Below are positions 8,284 through 17,176 of a stretch of 32,000 bases of DNA, in pieces. Within the stretch, counting starts at the first letter, position 1, and every line of letters starts with the position of its first letter. The translations under genes and the position numbers were made by a program. The DNA lies in NCBI RefSeq assembly GCF_013365455.1, contig NZ_CP046578.1, forward strand, positions 390,001 through 422,000, read 5' to 3'. A model generated the notes under the pieces. The model was not told the DNA's origin. It saw nothing but the letters and a program-made list of their open reading frames with translations, and did no database searches. The DNA comes from Wolbachia endosymbiont of Dirofilaria (Dirofilaria) immitis. Its GTDB lineage: Bacteria > Pseudomonadota > Alphaproteobacteria > Rickettsiales > Anaplasmataceae.

Positions 8284-9156
8284 CTATTTCCATCCCTTAT
8301 TTAAAATATCTAAGAAATTATTATTTGGTGAAAGTATGAACTTAGTGCTATTTCCAGTAAATGATTTACTGTAAGCGTTCATAGAACGGTAAAAGTTAAA
8401 AAACTCTTCGTCATCCTTAAATACCTCATTATAAATTCTAGTTGCTTCAGCATAGCCACGCCCCCTTATTTCATGGGCTTCTTTTACTGCACTAGCAATA
8501 ATTTCCCTTTTTTGTTTATCAGCTTTTGATCTAATTTCCTGTCCTATTTGTTCCCCTTTTGCTCTTATTTCTTTTGCTTCTTTCTCTCTTTCAGTTTGCA
8601 TACGGCGGAATATTGCAGAACTATTCTCCTCTGGTAAGTCTGCTCTTTTAATTCTTACATCTATTATTTCTATACCAAATTTTTCAGCTTCAGAGTAAAC
8701 TCCACGCTGGATTAATTGCATAACTTCTGACCTTTTTTCATTCAGTAAGCTAATTAGTGAAAATCTAACTATATTTTCTCTTAGGTGGGCTTCTATAATT
8801 GGATATAATCTTCTAACTAACCCTAACTCATTTCTTACAGTTTGATAAAAAGTAATAGGATCTACTATTTTATATTTTGCGTAAGCGTCTACTATGATGC
8901 GTTTCTGATCTGAAGTTATTACTTCTCTTGCAGTTGTATCTGGGCTTAGATCTAAAACTCTCTTATCAAGGAATTCTACATTATTTATAAACGGCAACTT
9001 AAAATATAAACCACTTTTTCTAATATCTCTTAAAACTCTGCCCAATTGCATGACTATTGCTTGCTCTGTTTCTTGCACTATGAATATTGAATTAAATAAA
9101 AAGACTAGCAGAACAGTAAATATAGAAACTAAAACAACTTTAGTGTTACTAAGCAT
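8284..9156 (-). CDS. hflC: FtsH protease modulator HflC (SPFH/band-7 family)
   Basis: 290 aa with an N-terminal TM helix, an SPFH domain and a coiled-coil tail (EREKEAKEIRAKGEQ...). It lies directly downstream of hflK with a 2-nt gap, the conserved hflK-hflC order. Confidence 0.93.
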   Translation of the reverse strand: MLSNTKVVLVSIFTVLLVFLFNSIFIVQETEQAIVMQLGRVLRDIRKSGLYFKLPFINNVEFLDKRVLDLSPDTTAREVITSDQKRIIVDAYAKYKIVDPITFYQTVRNELGLVRRLYPIIEAHLRENIVRFSLISLLNEKRSEVMQLIQRGVYSEAEKFGIEIIDVRIKRADLPEENSSAIFRRMQTEREKEAKEIRAKGEQIGQEIRSKADKQKREIIASAVKEAHEIRGRGYAEATRIYNEVFKDDEEFFNFYRSMNAYSKSFTGNSTKFILSPNNNFLDILNKGWK

Positions 9157-9158
9157 AA

Positions 9159-10193
9159 CTATTTCTCCAAGCTTGTAAGAGGTAAATAAGAGAATATACC
9201 CTTTAAATCATCAGTGACAACAATTTTATCTACTTGACTTAGAATATTTTCCATGGTTTCAAGATAAATACGGCTCTTAACAAGAGAAGGATTATGCTTA
9301 TATTCTTTGTAAAGAGACGAAAAGCGATTTGCATTACCTTTTGCTTCATTTATTATCTCATTCTCATATGCTTCTGCATCTAATTTTATCTTAATTGCTT
9401 CACCTTTTGCTCGAGGTATAATATCATTACTGTAAGCATATGCTTCATTTATAATACGTTCTTTATCTGCACGAGCGCTTTGTACATCCCTGAACGAACT
9501 AATTACTTTTTCTGGTGGATCAATTTTTTTCATTTGAATAGATAGAATTTCTATACCCATTTGGTACCCATCAAGAATCTGTTGTAATAAAGTCTTAGTG
9601 TCTACAGGAATTTCTTGCCTACCTTGACCAAGCGCAAAAGAGATCGTATTTTTGCCTATTATTTCTCTCATAGCACTCTCAGCAGCATTTTTAACACTAA
9701 AACCGGGTTTATAATCTCGCACTTTGAATAAATAGTCCTTAGCGTCTTTCACACGCCATTGAACTTCAAAATTAACGTTGACTATATTTTCATCTCCAGT
9801 AAGCATTACACCTTCACCGCGATCTGCATCTCGTCCATAAGAACTACTAACCCCAATTTCTTCACGATTCACTTCTTTAACGTTTACTTTAAAAACTTTA
9901 CCAATGGGATAAGGTAAATGATAGCGCAAACCAGGTGTTTCTGTATTAGAATATTTACCAAAAATGAGTTCTATACCTTCTTCACTTGGATGAACAATAT
10001 AGAAGCCAGTACAAGCATAAAAGAATAAAATAACAAAAATGATCAAGTAAGGTTTCTTACTGTTATTTCTTGTTAAACCAGTAAAGAAACACCTTACTTC
10101 AGATATAGCTTTACTTAGAGCATCTCCATTGTTGGAGGTTTTATTCTTTGGTGTTTTTTTTCCTAAATTCCAAGGATTGTTTTCATCAAACAT
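9159..10193 (-). CDS. hflK: FtsH protease modulator HflK (SPFH/band-7 family)
   Basis: 344 aa. It has a basic N-terminal tail with NPW, a single TM helix (YLIIFVILFFYACTGFYIV) and an SPFH domain. It is the first gene of the hflK-hflC-degP operon. Confidence 0.93.
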   Translation of the reverse strand: MFDENNPWNLGKKTPKNKTSNNGDALSKAISEVRCFFTGLTRNNSKKPYLIIFVILFFYACTGFYIVHPSEEGIELIFGKYSNTETPGLRYHLPYPIGKVFKVNVKEVNREEIGVSSSYGRDADRGEGVMLTGDENIVNVNFEVQWRVKDAKDYLFKVRDYKPGFSVKNAAESAMREIIGKNTISFALGQGRQEIPVDTKTLLQQILDGYQMGIEILSIQMKKIDPPEKVISSFRDVQSARADKERIINEAYAYSNDIIPRAKGEAIKIKLDAEAYENEIINEAKGNANRFSSLYKEYKHNPSLVKSRIYLETMENILSQVDKIVVTDDLKGIFSYLPLTSLEK

Positions 10194-10607
10194 AATGACT
10201 CACTCGATAATTAATACACTAATATTACCTCTCTAGCAGGAAATTGCAAATCTATTTTGTTCATAAGTTAATCATCGGAGTAGAAGATATGATTGTTGCT
10301 TTCTTTTTTCTGTGTGTATGGGGACTACTAACTTTATGGAATTTTCTGGCTTTATTTTAAATTTCTTGTTTTGGTTTTTAAGTGCACTGTATCTTTGTGA
10401 CAGTCAGGATGGTGGAAATGTTGAGACTACGTAACCAAAAAGTTTTAAGTGTTCTTTATTGTGTATCTTGTAAGGGCTTCAGTTCAAAGAACTTTTAGTT
10501 TTATTTTTATGCTTCTAAAAAGCATTTTCAGCAGAGCTATTCGTAGGTAAGTAAAACGCTAACGGTCAAGTTAATACTAACTTAAGAATTGAAGATGTAC
10601 AATACGA

Positions 10608-11891
10608 ATGTATTTAATTAGAATGAGGTTTAAAATGTTGAATCACGACAGAACAAATCTAGGTATTGTTAACACACAACTTCAGCGAAATCAGCAATAC
10701 AGCAACTCTACGCCTTTTTCAGGTGATCTATTGCAACAGATGCAATTATTAGAGAAGCGGGTAAAGTCATTAGAAGTAATGAACAAAGTGACTCTTGGTT
10801 TGTTAATAGGTATGGCTATGGCAGTGGGAACTGGTTTTGCTATTGCAGCTGCTCCAGTAATTGCCGGTAGCATAGTAGGTGGAATACTTGTAACTACAGC
10901 ATTTGTAGCACTTGGAGTAGCTATAAATAGACATAAGGTAGAAATAAAAAACGGTTTCAAATGTGCTGCAGATAAAACTAGAGATGGTGTTGTATGTGCT
11001 AGGGATTCAGTAAAAGAAGCTGTAAGTTGTATGAAGCAAGCAGTAAGAGAGGAGACTAGTTCTGCATTGAAAATAGTGGGGAACAAGATGAATGATTTTG
11101 GCAGAAATATGTCTGATTTAGATGAAATTTTGTATTCAGTAGGGCAGCAAGATCAAACTGTTGTTTTAAAAACGGAAGAAAAAACAAAAAATTTTAATAG
11201 TGTAAAGGAAATGTTCGTTAAGGAGGTTTTTGAAGACAAAACTGTAGGTAATTCTGTTTTAATGAAAAAGATATTCTCTGAGTTAAAGGGAAAAATATTA
11301 GAAAAAGCTTATTCTGTTGGTGGTCAGCAAGGTTTCAAAAAGGATCAGTTAATTAATCAATTGGGACAGCAAGCAGATTTTGTCAGTAAGTTAAATGCTA
11401 AGAAATTACTAAATTTATTAACTCAGAATGATAATAATCTTTATGAAATTTTCTCTGAACATCATGATGAAATTAAAAGAGTTGTTAAAAAATGTAAGAT
11501 AGAACATAAACTTTCTAATGTCATGGAAAAGCTTAATGGAGCTGCAAAAAGATATGTAGGCGAAAGAGGTTCGATGCAGTTTATTGACAGCTCGTTAGAA
11601 AATAGTTCATTGGATGTTGGTTCTATAAAAGCCGATACTGCTATTAACTCTAATTTAGGTTCTAAGAGATTTGTAACAATCAATTATAATCTTCTTAAAA
11701 GAAGCCCTTCATTTAATAGCTTAAATAGCAGTTCTGCTGGCAGTAGAATGAATCTACTTGGTTCTTCTTCAAAATCAGTCATGATTACCGGATTAGGTTG
11801 CAAGGTAAAACAACAACCTTCTACAAACATAGATGTTAGAACAGATGTTCAATTGCATACGCCTATGCAAGTAGTTGCAGCTAGTAGATAA
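10608..11891 (+). CDS. hypothetical membrane protein, 427 aa, with an N-terminal bilobed hydrophobic hairpin (inclusion-membrane-protein-like)
   Basis: Residues 61-107 (nt 10788-10928) read VTLGLLIGMAMAVGTGFAIAAA-P-VIAGSIVGGILVTTAFVALGVAI. These are two helices of about 22 aa split by one Pro, with GxxxG motifs. The rest is hydrophilic, helical and Ser-rich. The true start is possibly ATG 10635, which has GAGG 6 nt upstream. A hairpin terminator follows. Confidence 0.75.
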   Translation: MYLIRMRFKMLNHDRTNLGIVNTQLQRNQQYSNSTPFSGDLLQQMQLLEKRVKSLEVMNKVTLGLLIGMAMAVGTGFAIAAAPVIAGSIVGGILVTTAFVALGVAINRHKVEIKNGFKCAADKTRDGVVCARDSVKEAVSCMKQAVREETSSALKIVGNKMNDFGRNMSDLDEILYSVGQQDQTVVLKTEEKTKNFNSVKEMFVKEVFEDKTVGNSVLMKKIFSELKGKILEKAYSVGGQQGFKKDQLINQLGQQADFVSKLNAKKLLNLLTQNDNNLYEIFSEHHDEIKRVVKKCKIEHKLSNVMEKLNGAAKRYVGERGSMQFIDSSLENSSLDVGSIKADTAINSNLGSKRFVTINYNLLKRSPSFNSLNSSSAGSRMNLLGSSSKSVMITGLGCKVKQQPSTNIDVRTDVQLHTPMQVVAASR

Positions 11892-11920
11892 GGATAAACA
11901 GAATTGCTTCCTTTCTCTAA

Positions 11921-11957
11921 AAGGATGTTACTCAATGAGTAACATCCTTGCATATTT
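11921..11957 (+). terminator. rho-independent terminator candidate after the 427-aa ORF
   Basis: A perfect 13-bp inverted repeat, AAGGATGTTACTC (11921-11933) and GAGTAACATCCTT (11937-11949), with a 3-nt loop, followed by gcatatttta. Confidence 0.6.
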
Positions 11958-12127
11958 TACGTATATGGACATTTTGACTTACAGGTAATTTGAGTAGCAG
12001 GATAAGTTTCGTGTAAGTGCTAGTTACTTTTTTGATGAGGTGTTTTTAAACTACGATTACAGGACCTTAAAAGAAACTTCTTATCTATTTTCTCTTGATG
12101 AATTAATTCAAGTAAAGTATAGTAGCA

Positions 12128-12484
12128 ATGGCGTTTATGCAGGTTTTTATGGGTAATATAGTTTTAGTTTATGTGACTTTTTCAAATTTAGAGGAAGCTA
12201 AGACTATCTCTAAAGAATTATTAAACGAGAAGTTAATTATATGTGTAAACATATTTCCTGGGGTAAATTCTCTATATTTATGGGAAGGTAAAATTCATAA
12301 TAGTTGTGAAGTAGTAACAATTATGAAAGGTAGAAGCGTTCAAGTGGATAAAATTATAAAAAAAATTGAGGTAATGCATTCTTATGATCAGCCAGCCGTT
12401 ATAATAATACCAATAGAAAAGGCAAATAAATCTTTTACCAATTGGGTTGATAATGTTATTACTGTAGACAGTATTGGGGTGTAG
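12128..12484 (+). CDS. cutA: divalent-cation tolerance protein CutA
   Basis: 118 aa. VLVYVTFSNLEEAKTISKELLNEKLIICVNIFPGVNSLYLWEGKI...E...IMK...H.YD.P follows the CutA1 fold consensus. The start could also be ATG 12137 or 12149. Stop TAG 12482-12484 lies inside tRNA-Gln. Confidence 0.85.
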   Translation: MAFMQVFMGNIVLVYVTFSNLEEAKTISKELLNEKLIICVNIFPGVNSLYLWEGKIHNSCEVVTIMKGRSVQVDKIIKKIEVMHSYDQPAVIIIPIEKANKSFTNWVDNVITVDSIGV

Positions 12485-12549
12485 CCAAGTGGTAAGGTAG
12501 CGGTTTTTGGTACCGCCACGCGAAGGTTCGAATCCTTCCACCCCAGCCA
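12475..12549 (+). tRNA. tRNA-Gln (anticodon UUG), CCA encoded
   Basis: I folded the cloverleaf by hand. The acceptor is TGGGGTG/CACCCCA (U1-A72 as in bacterial tRNA-Gln). The anticodon stem is GCGGT/ACCGC with loop TTTTGGT. The T arm is GAAGG-TTCGAAT-CCTTC, the discriminator is G, followed by CCA. It closely resembles E. coli tRNA-Gln. Confidence 0.97.
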
Positions 12550-12568
12550 ATATTGAAGAGGATGTAAA

Positions 12569-13120
12569 ATGATATCGCTTTTCTATAAATTAAGGCTATT
12601 GAGTTACATACTAAGTAATTTAAAAGATATAACTGCAAAGCTATTCTTTTTTATAATCTACCTTTATATATCCAGTATTGTACTCATGTTTCTCAGCAGT
12701 GGCTTTTGGTATACTGTAAAATGTGGCTCTTTTAAAAGTGCATTTTATTATTTACTTCAATATTATAAATGGTATTCTAGAAACAGAGGAAACCTTAGTT
12801 ATGGAATTTACTTTAGGATGTTAGTGGCATTTCTTGCTCCTCATTTTTTTTATAAATTATTCCTAAATATAGGACGGAAACTTTTCTTAAAGAAAAAGGT
12901 AAAACAGATACTTAGATTTGTAATTGAAGGTAAAAGAAGTAGTAAAGTAAATGATAGTGTCTATAGCAGCAAAAGTCATTGTAGTTACAATGATGAAGAT
13001 CATGTTCAAGAAAAACAGAAAGTAGCCATGATAAGGCAGCTTTTAGTCGAAGATATAGAAAAAACTATAGATAAAAGACTAAATGATATTTTTTTTAGTG
13101 AAAGGGGAAAATCTCATTGA
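12569..13120 (+). CDS. doubtful ORF: hypothetical membrane protein, 183 aa
   Basis: GAGGA lies 7 nt upstream of the ATG. The N-terminal 110 aa are F/Y/L/K-rich (typical of chance ORFs in AT-rich DNA, but also of small membrane proteins). The C-terminal 70 aa are hydrophilic. I recognise no family. Confidence 0.35.
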   Translation: MISLFYKLRLLSYILSNLKDITAKLFFFIIYLYISSIVLMFLSSGFWYTVKCGSFKSAFYYLLQYYKWYSRNRGNLSYGIYFRMLVAFLAPHFFYKLFLNIGRKLFLKKKVKQILRFVIEGKRSSKVNDSVYSSKSHCSYNDEDHVQEKQKVAMIRQLLVEDIEKTIDKRLNDIFFSERGKSH

Positions 13121-13711
13121 GTATATAGAGACTTCATCTATTTTTTAGTAAAGCTTTTTAGAATTAGCTGTATTTTATTTTTCAGACATACTTAGTTATA
13201 ATTGACTAGTGCACATGCTATGGTGAAGTCTAGGCTAAAGTCGATAACAAAAAATATCTTTGCATCTTTCTACTAAGCTTTCCGTTTTTACAGTTGCTTG
13301 TTGCATTAATTATTGCTTGTATTAACTTCTACAGTATATAATACTGTTTATTATTAATGTACTGCTTGTTTCGTAATAGCAAAAAGCTCTTTAGAAACTA
13401 AAGCTACTTAATATATATACAGTACCCTTTTAGATTAAAATTCAAATTTAAAGTGATTTAAGCTTGGCTGCATTATATACTATAATTTATTTATTACATT
13501 TTAGCATAGGTAAAGTTTCTTTTTAGTGAACTCAATACGTAATTGTATGTTATCACTAAAGTAATTTGTTAATTACTTTCTAAAGGTGTCATTTCCTATA
13601 CCATCTGTTTATAAATTTGCTCTGACTACCTCAAAGAAAAATAATAGATACTGTAACTTTTTATATATATATTACTGACAAATATTATTTTTCTGCTTCG
13701 TTTTTTTATCC
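13121..13711. other. ORF-free spacer 3' of groEL
   Basis: No ORF of 60 codons or more. The plus strand is T-rich. It lies between convergent genes. Confidence 0.4.
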
Positions 13712-13759
13712 TTTAAAAAGAGAAAAGAAGCACCTTGGAGCAAGTAGACCTCTTGCCCC
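13712..13759 (-). terminator. terminator candidate downstream of groEL
   Basis: On the minus strand the hairpin is GGGGCAAG-aggtcta-CTTGCTCC (8 bp, one mismatch; plus-strand 13737-13759). It is followed within a few nt by the T-rich run cttcttttctcttttt. Confidence 0.45.
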
Positions 13760-13775
13760 AAAGCTTCATATTCAT

Positions 13776-15428
13776 TTAAAATTCATTCATTCTACCCATT
13801 CCACCTGCACTCATAGGAGATGAAGCATTTTCGTCCTTACTTGGTACATCAACTATCATAGACTCAGTAGTAATCAGTACACTTGCAACAGATATCGCTG
13901 TTTCAAAAGCAATACGGACAACTTTTGCCGGATCAATAACACCAGCGGTAAACGCATTAACGTAGTTCATAGCCTCAACATTATATATAAGCTCTTTATT
14001 ATTCTGTTTAATCAAATAGTCAATTATAACAGCAGACTCAAGACCAGCATTTTTGACTAATCTCTTAATAGGAACATTAAGAACTTTTTTGATAATATTT
14101 ATACCTATTTGTTCTTCATCTCCTGCACCTTTTAACTTATCAAGAGCAGATGAAGCGTAAAGAAGTGCAACCCCACCACCTGGAACTATACCTTCTTCAA
14201 TTGCAGCTCTTGTTGCATGCAGCGCATCTTCAACCCTATCTCTACGTTCCTTAACCTCTAATTCAGTTGCTCCACCAACTTTTAGCACAGCAACACCACC
14301 TGATAATTTTGCTAAACGTTCTCTTAATTTCTCTTTATCGTAATCAGAGGTTGAAGATTCAATTTGAGATTTGATCTGCTCAATTCTAGCTTTTACTCTG
14401 TTGGTGACTTTATTTTCACTGACAATTGTAGTATTGTCTTTAGTAATTTTAACATTCTTAGCAATACCAAGATCTTCGAGAGTTAGATCTTCCATCTTGA
14501 TTCCAAGCTCATCCTTTATGACATATTTAGCACCGGTTAAAGCTGCTATGTCTTCGAGCATCTCCTTTCTTCTGTCACCAAAACCTGGGGCTTTTACTGC
14601 GGCGACTTTTAGACCACCACGCAACTTATTAATGACTAGAGTACTTAATGCTTCACCTTCAATGTCTTCCGCAATGATGAGCAAAGGTTTACCAGACTTA
14701 ACAACAGCTTCAAGAATAGAAAGCAAAGGCTGTATGATATTGAGTTTTTTTTCTGTAATTAAGAGATATGGATCATCAAGCTCCACTATCATTTTCTCAT
14801 TGTTTGTAATAAAGTATGGAGAAAGATAGCCACGGTCAAACTGCATACCAGTAGTAAGCTCAACCTCTAGTTCTTTTGAGCCTTTACTTTCTTCAACAGT
14901 AATCACACCTTCTTTGCCAACCTTTTTGACAGCATCAGCAATATTACTACCAATGCTCCTATCACCATTTGCAGAAATGATAGCAACTTGAGCTACCTCA
15001 TCTATTTTTTCTAAAGAAATTGTGCGAGACATTGATGCAACTTCCTTTAATACTACATCCTTTGCCTTTTGCATTCCGTTTTTAATACCAACACGATCGT
15101 TTCCAGCAGCAATTGATTTTGAAGCCTCCATTATCATGCTACTAGTTAATATTGAGCATGTTGTTGTACCATCGCCAACTTTGTCATTACATTGAGAGCA
15201 ACTTTGAGCAAAGATGCTTGTTATTGCAGCGTTCAATGGTTTTTCAGGCTTGATGCCTTTCATTACTTTATAACCATCTTTTGTAATTTCTGGTGCCCCA
15301 TAAGGCTTATTAATCCCTACTGTTTTTCCTCTAGGTCCTGCAGTTATTGCTACTGTTGAGTCTATTACTGCTGCAACTTCACGGAAAGCCTGTTGTAACT
15401 GCTCGCCTGATACTACTACATTAGTCAT
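13776..15428 (-). CDS. groEL: chaperonin GroEL (Cpn60)
   Basis: 550 aa, colinear with GroEL throughout ([38 protein letters not shown]). The sequence looks Wolbachia-type from memory. The C-terminal tail is [11 protein letters not shown]. Confidence 0.99.
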   Translation of the reverse strand: MTNVVVSGEQLQQAFREVAAVIDSTVAITAGPRGKTVGINKPYGAPEITKDGYKVMKGIKPEKPLNAAITSIFAQSCSQCNDKVGDGTTTCSILTSSMIMEASKSIAAGNDRVGIKNGMQKAKDVVLKEVASMSRTISLEKIDEVAQVAIISANGDRSIGSNIADAVKKVGKEGVITVEESKGSKELEVELTTGMQFDRGYLSPYFITNNEKMIVELDDPYLLITEKKLNIIQPLLSILEAVVKSGKPLLIIAEDIEGEALSTLVINKLRGGLKVAAVKAPGFGDRRKEMLEDIAALTGAKYVIKDELGIKMEDLTLEDLGIAKNVKITKDNTTIVSENKVTNRVKARIEQIKSQIESSTSDYDKEKLRERLAKLSGGVAVLKVGGATELEVKERRDRVEDALHATRAAIEEGIVPGGGVALLYASSALDKLKGAGDEEQIGINIIKKVLNVPIKRLVKNAGLESAVIIDYLIKQNNKELIYNVEAMNYVNAFTAGVIDPAKVVRIAFETAISVASVLITTESMIVDVPSKDENASSPMSAGGMGRMNEF

Positions 15429-15529
15429 CTTTATAACTCCTTAATTAATAAAAAAAACTTAGAAAACTATAATAAAATTATTTGTAATATGCTATACTGT
15501 GTTTTATTATTTAATAAAACTAAAGACTG

Positions 15530-15820
15530 TTACTTAACGATAGCAAGTATATCGGACTCTTTCATTACGATAAACTTTTCATCACCGTGCTCTATCTCTG
15601 TGCCAGCCCATTGACGATAAAACACTTTATCACCAATTTTTACAGTTAAGGACACGCGCTCACCACTTGTGCTACGTGAACCTTCACCAACTGCTATAAC
15701 TTCACCCTTAGTAGGTTTTTTTTCAGCACTTGATGGAAGCACAATTCCACTTTGCTTTTCTTCGCTGATAGGCTTAATTAGAACACTATCATCTAGTACA
15801 TTTAAGTTTACGCTTGACAT
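15530..15820 (-). CDS. groES: co-chaperonin GroES (Cpn10)
   Basis: 96 aa with the mobile-loop region [29 protein letters not shown] lies 7 nt upstream. It sits 101 nt upstream of groEL. Confidence 0.98.
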   Translation of the reverse strand: MSSVNLNVLDDSVLIKPISEEKQSGIVLPSSAEKKPTKGEVIAVGEGSRSTSGERVSLTVKIGDKVFYRQWAGTEIEHGDEKFIVMKESDILAIVK

Positions 15821-15856
15821 TTGTTTTCCCTCATCAACAAATTAACCTATAAGCTT

Positions 15857-15887
15857 ATATATGTACTAGTAAGTTAGATTTCAAGGG
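15857..15887 (-). promoter_or_regulatory. sigma-32 (RpoH)-type heat-shock promoter of groES-groEL
   Basis: The minus strand reads CCCTTGAAA-tctaacttactagta-CATATAT. This fits the alphaproteobacterial RpoH consensus CTTG-N17/18-CYTATNT (here N18, CaTATaT). It also fits the E. coli form CTTGAA-N13-ccCCATnT (gtaCATAT). It ends about 37 nt before the groES ATG. Confidence 0.55.
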
Positions 15888-15956
15888 CTTAAACTCTTTA
15901 AATATTAGAAGACGAGAAGCATTTAGTATTGTATAGTAAAATTTAGGCTTATTAAT

Positions 15957-16763
15957 ATGAATTGCATGAGTTACATACCATTACAAAGCCGTAGTGCAGT
16001 AATTCTGTATGGGCAAGATACGAGAGATTTTCTGCAAGGCATTATAACAAACGATATCAACAATTTAGGTAGACAAAAAGCTATTTACTCTTTACTGCTT
16101 AATTCTCAGGGAAAATACTTATACGATTTTTTTCTTGTTGAATATGGTAAATATATTTTACTAGAATGTGAGAATATATACCTACAGCCAATGATTGAGA
16201 AACTAAATCTGCTTAAAACTTATCTGAAAGTGAAGATTAAAGACGTTAGTACTCTATATAAGGTTGGAGTTTTATTTAATACTCAGTTAACAGAACATAG
16301 TAATGAGTCGCAGGTTATTTTTCAGGATCCAAGACACAAATCTTTGGGAATGAGAATAATACATAAGGATGAAATAAAGCAGCCAGTTGAGAATTTTATT
16401 CACTATGAGAGGGTGAGAATTCAAAATCTTATTCCGGATGGAGTGAAAGACATGGTGCAAAATTCATCATTTCCGTTGCAATATTTAATTGATAAAGTAA
16501 ACGGTATAAGCTTTAATAAGGGATGTTATATAGGCCAGGAAGTGGTAAATCGAATGAGCAGGCAGGAAATATTTAGAAGGAAACTTTACTCTGTTAAAGG
16601 AAATAATGTACTTCCGAATATTGGTACTAAAATAATAAATGAAAATAATGAAGAAGTAGGAGAACTGCGCTCTAGTGTAGACAAAATCGGGCTTGCATTG
16701 CTTAATACTGCAAAAAGCTATGCAAGTTTGTACGCTGATGAAGTGAAGATATTTGTTTGCTAA
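15957..16763 (+). CDS. ygfZ: folate-binding YgfZ/GcvT-like protein (Fe-S cluster repair / tRNA modification associated)
   Basis: 268 aa. The N-terminus is LQSRSAVILYGQDTRDFLQGIITNDI, and the diagnostic YgfZ motif KGCYIGQE is at residues 188-195. It is divergent from groES. Confidence 0.85.
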   Translation: MNCMSYIPLQSRSAVILYGQDTRDFLQGIITNDINNLGRQKAIYSLLLNSQGKYLYDFFLVEYGKYILLECENIYLQPMIEKLNLLKTYLKVKIKDVSTLYKVGVLFNTQLTEHSNESQVIFQDPRHKSLGMRIIHKDEIKQPVENFIHYERVRIQNLIPDGVKDMVQNSSFPLQYLIDKVNGISFNKGCYIGQEVVNRMSRQEIFRRKLYSVKGNNVLPNIGTKIINENNEEVGELRSSVDKIGLALLNTAKSYASLYADEVKIFVC

Positions 16764-17176
16764 AACATTGAGACTTGTAGATAAAGCCTTAAGGTGACGA
16801 ATAACATTAATTGTAAAACAAAGCTATAAGAACTGCTTAACAAGTTTCAGCAATTACATTAGCATATTAGTTAGCGTTCAGTTTATTTCTAGCTCATAAC
16901 TTATTTTTGATCTACAGGTTCACTCAAAAAAACTAAAAGTGTTTTTAGTGAATTATATGAAATTATAGCAACTACTTATCTTTAAATTAAGCACTAGTGG
17001 AGAATTGCTTTTTTAAAGAGTTAATAAGATTTACAAGTGAATGGTGTTATCTAAGTCACTAGTTCCATAGAGGATTTAAGAAAAAAGTATTAAAATATTT
17101 TCTTATGCCATATATTTTTCTTTCCTGTATACACAAAAGTTAGGTAGCATTATAAATAAGATTTTTTTGTGTTTTG

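Noticed and set aside
10691-11086. 131-aa ORF antisense to the 427-aa gene
   Set aside because: It is the reverse reading of the Gly/Ala-rich hydrophobic hairpin region. It has no SD, and its composition is an artefact of GC-richer codons on the sense strand.
12278-12550. 90-aa minus-strand ORF starting MAGVEGFEPSRGG
   Set aside because: Its N-terminus is the antisense translation of the tRNA-Gln T arm and acceptor. The remainder is antisense to cutA.
13776-13820. Unusual GroEL C-terminal tail ([11 protein letters not shown] instead of a clean GGM repeat)
   Set aside because: The GGM tail is naturally variable among Rickettsiales, and there is no frameshift or truncation. I do not think it is informative.
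14371-14829. 152-aa ORF antisense to groEL
   Set aside because: It lies entirely within the highly conserved groEL and is Ser/Leu-rich. This is the classic shadow ORF of a purine-rich gene.
15821-15956. Search for the CIRCE/HrcA operator upstream of groES
   Set aside because: No inverted repeat resembling TTAGCACTC-N9-GAGTGCTAA is present. Only the sigma-32-type promoter is supported.
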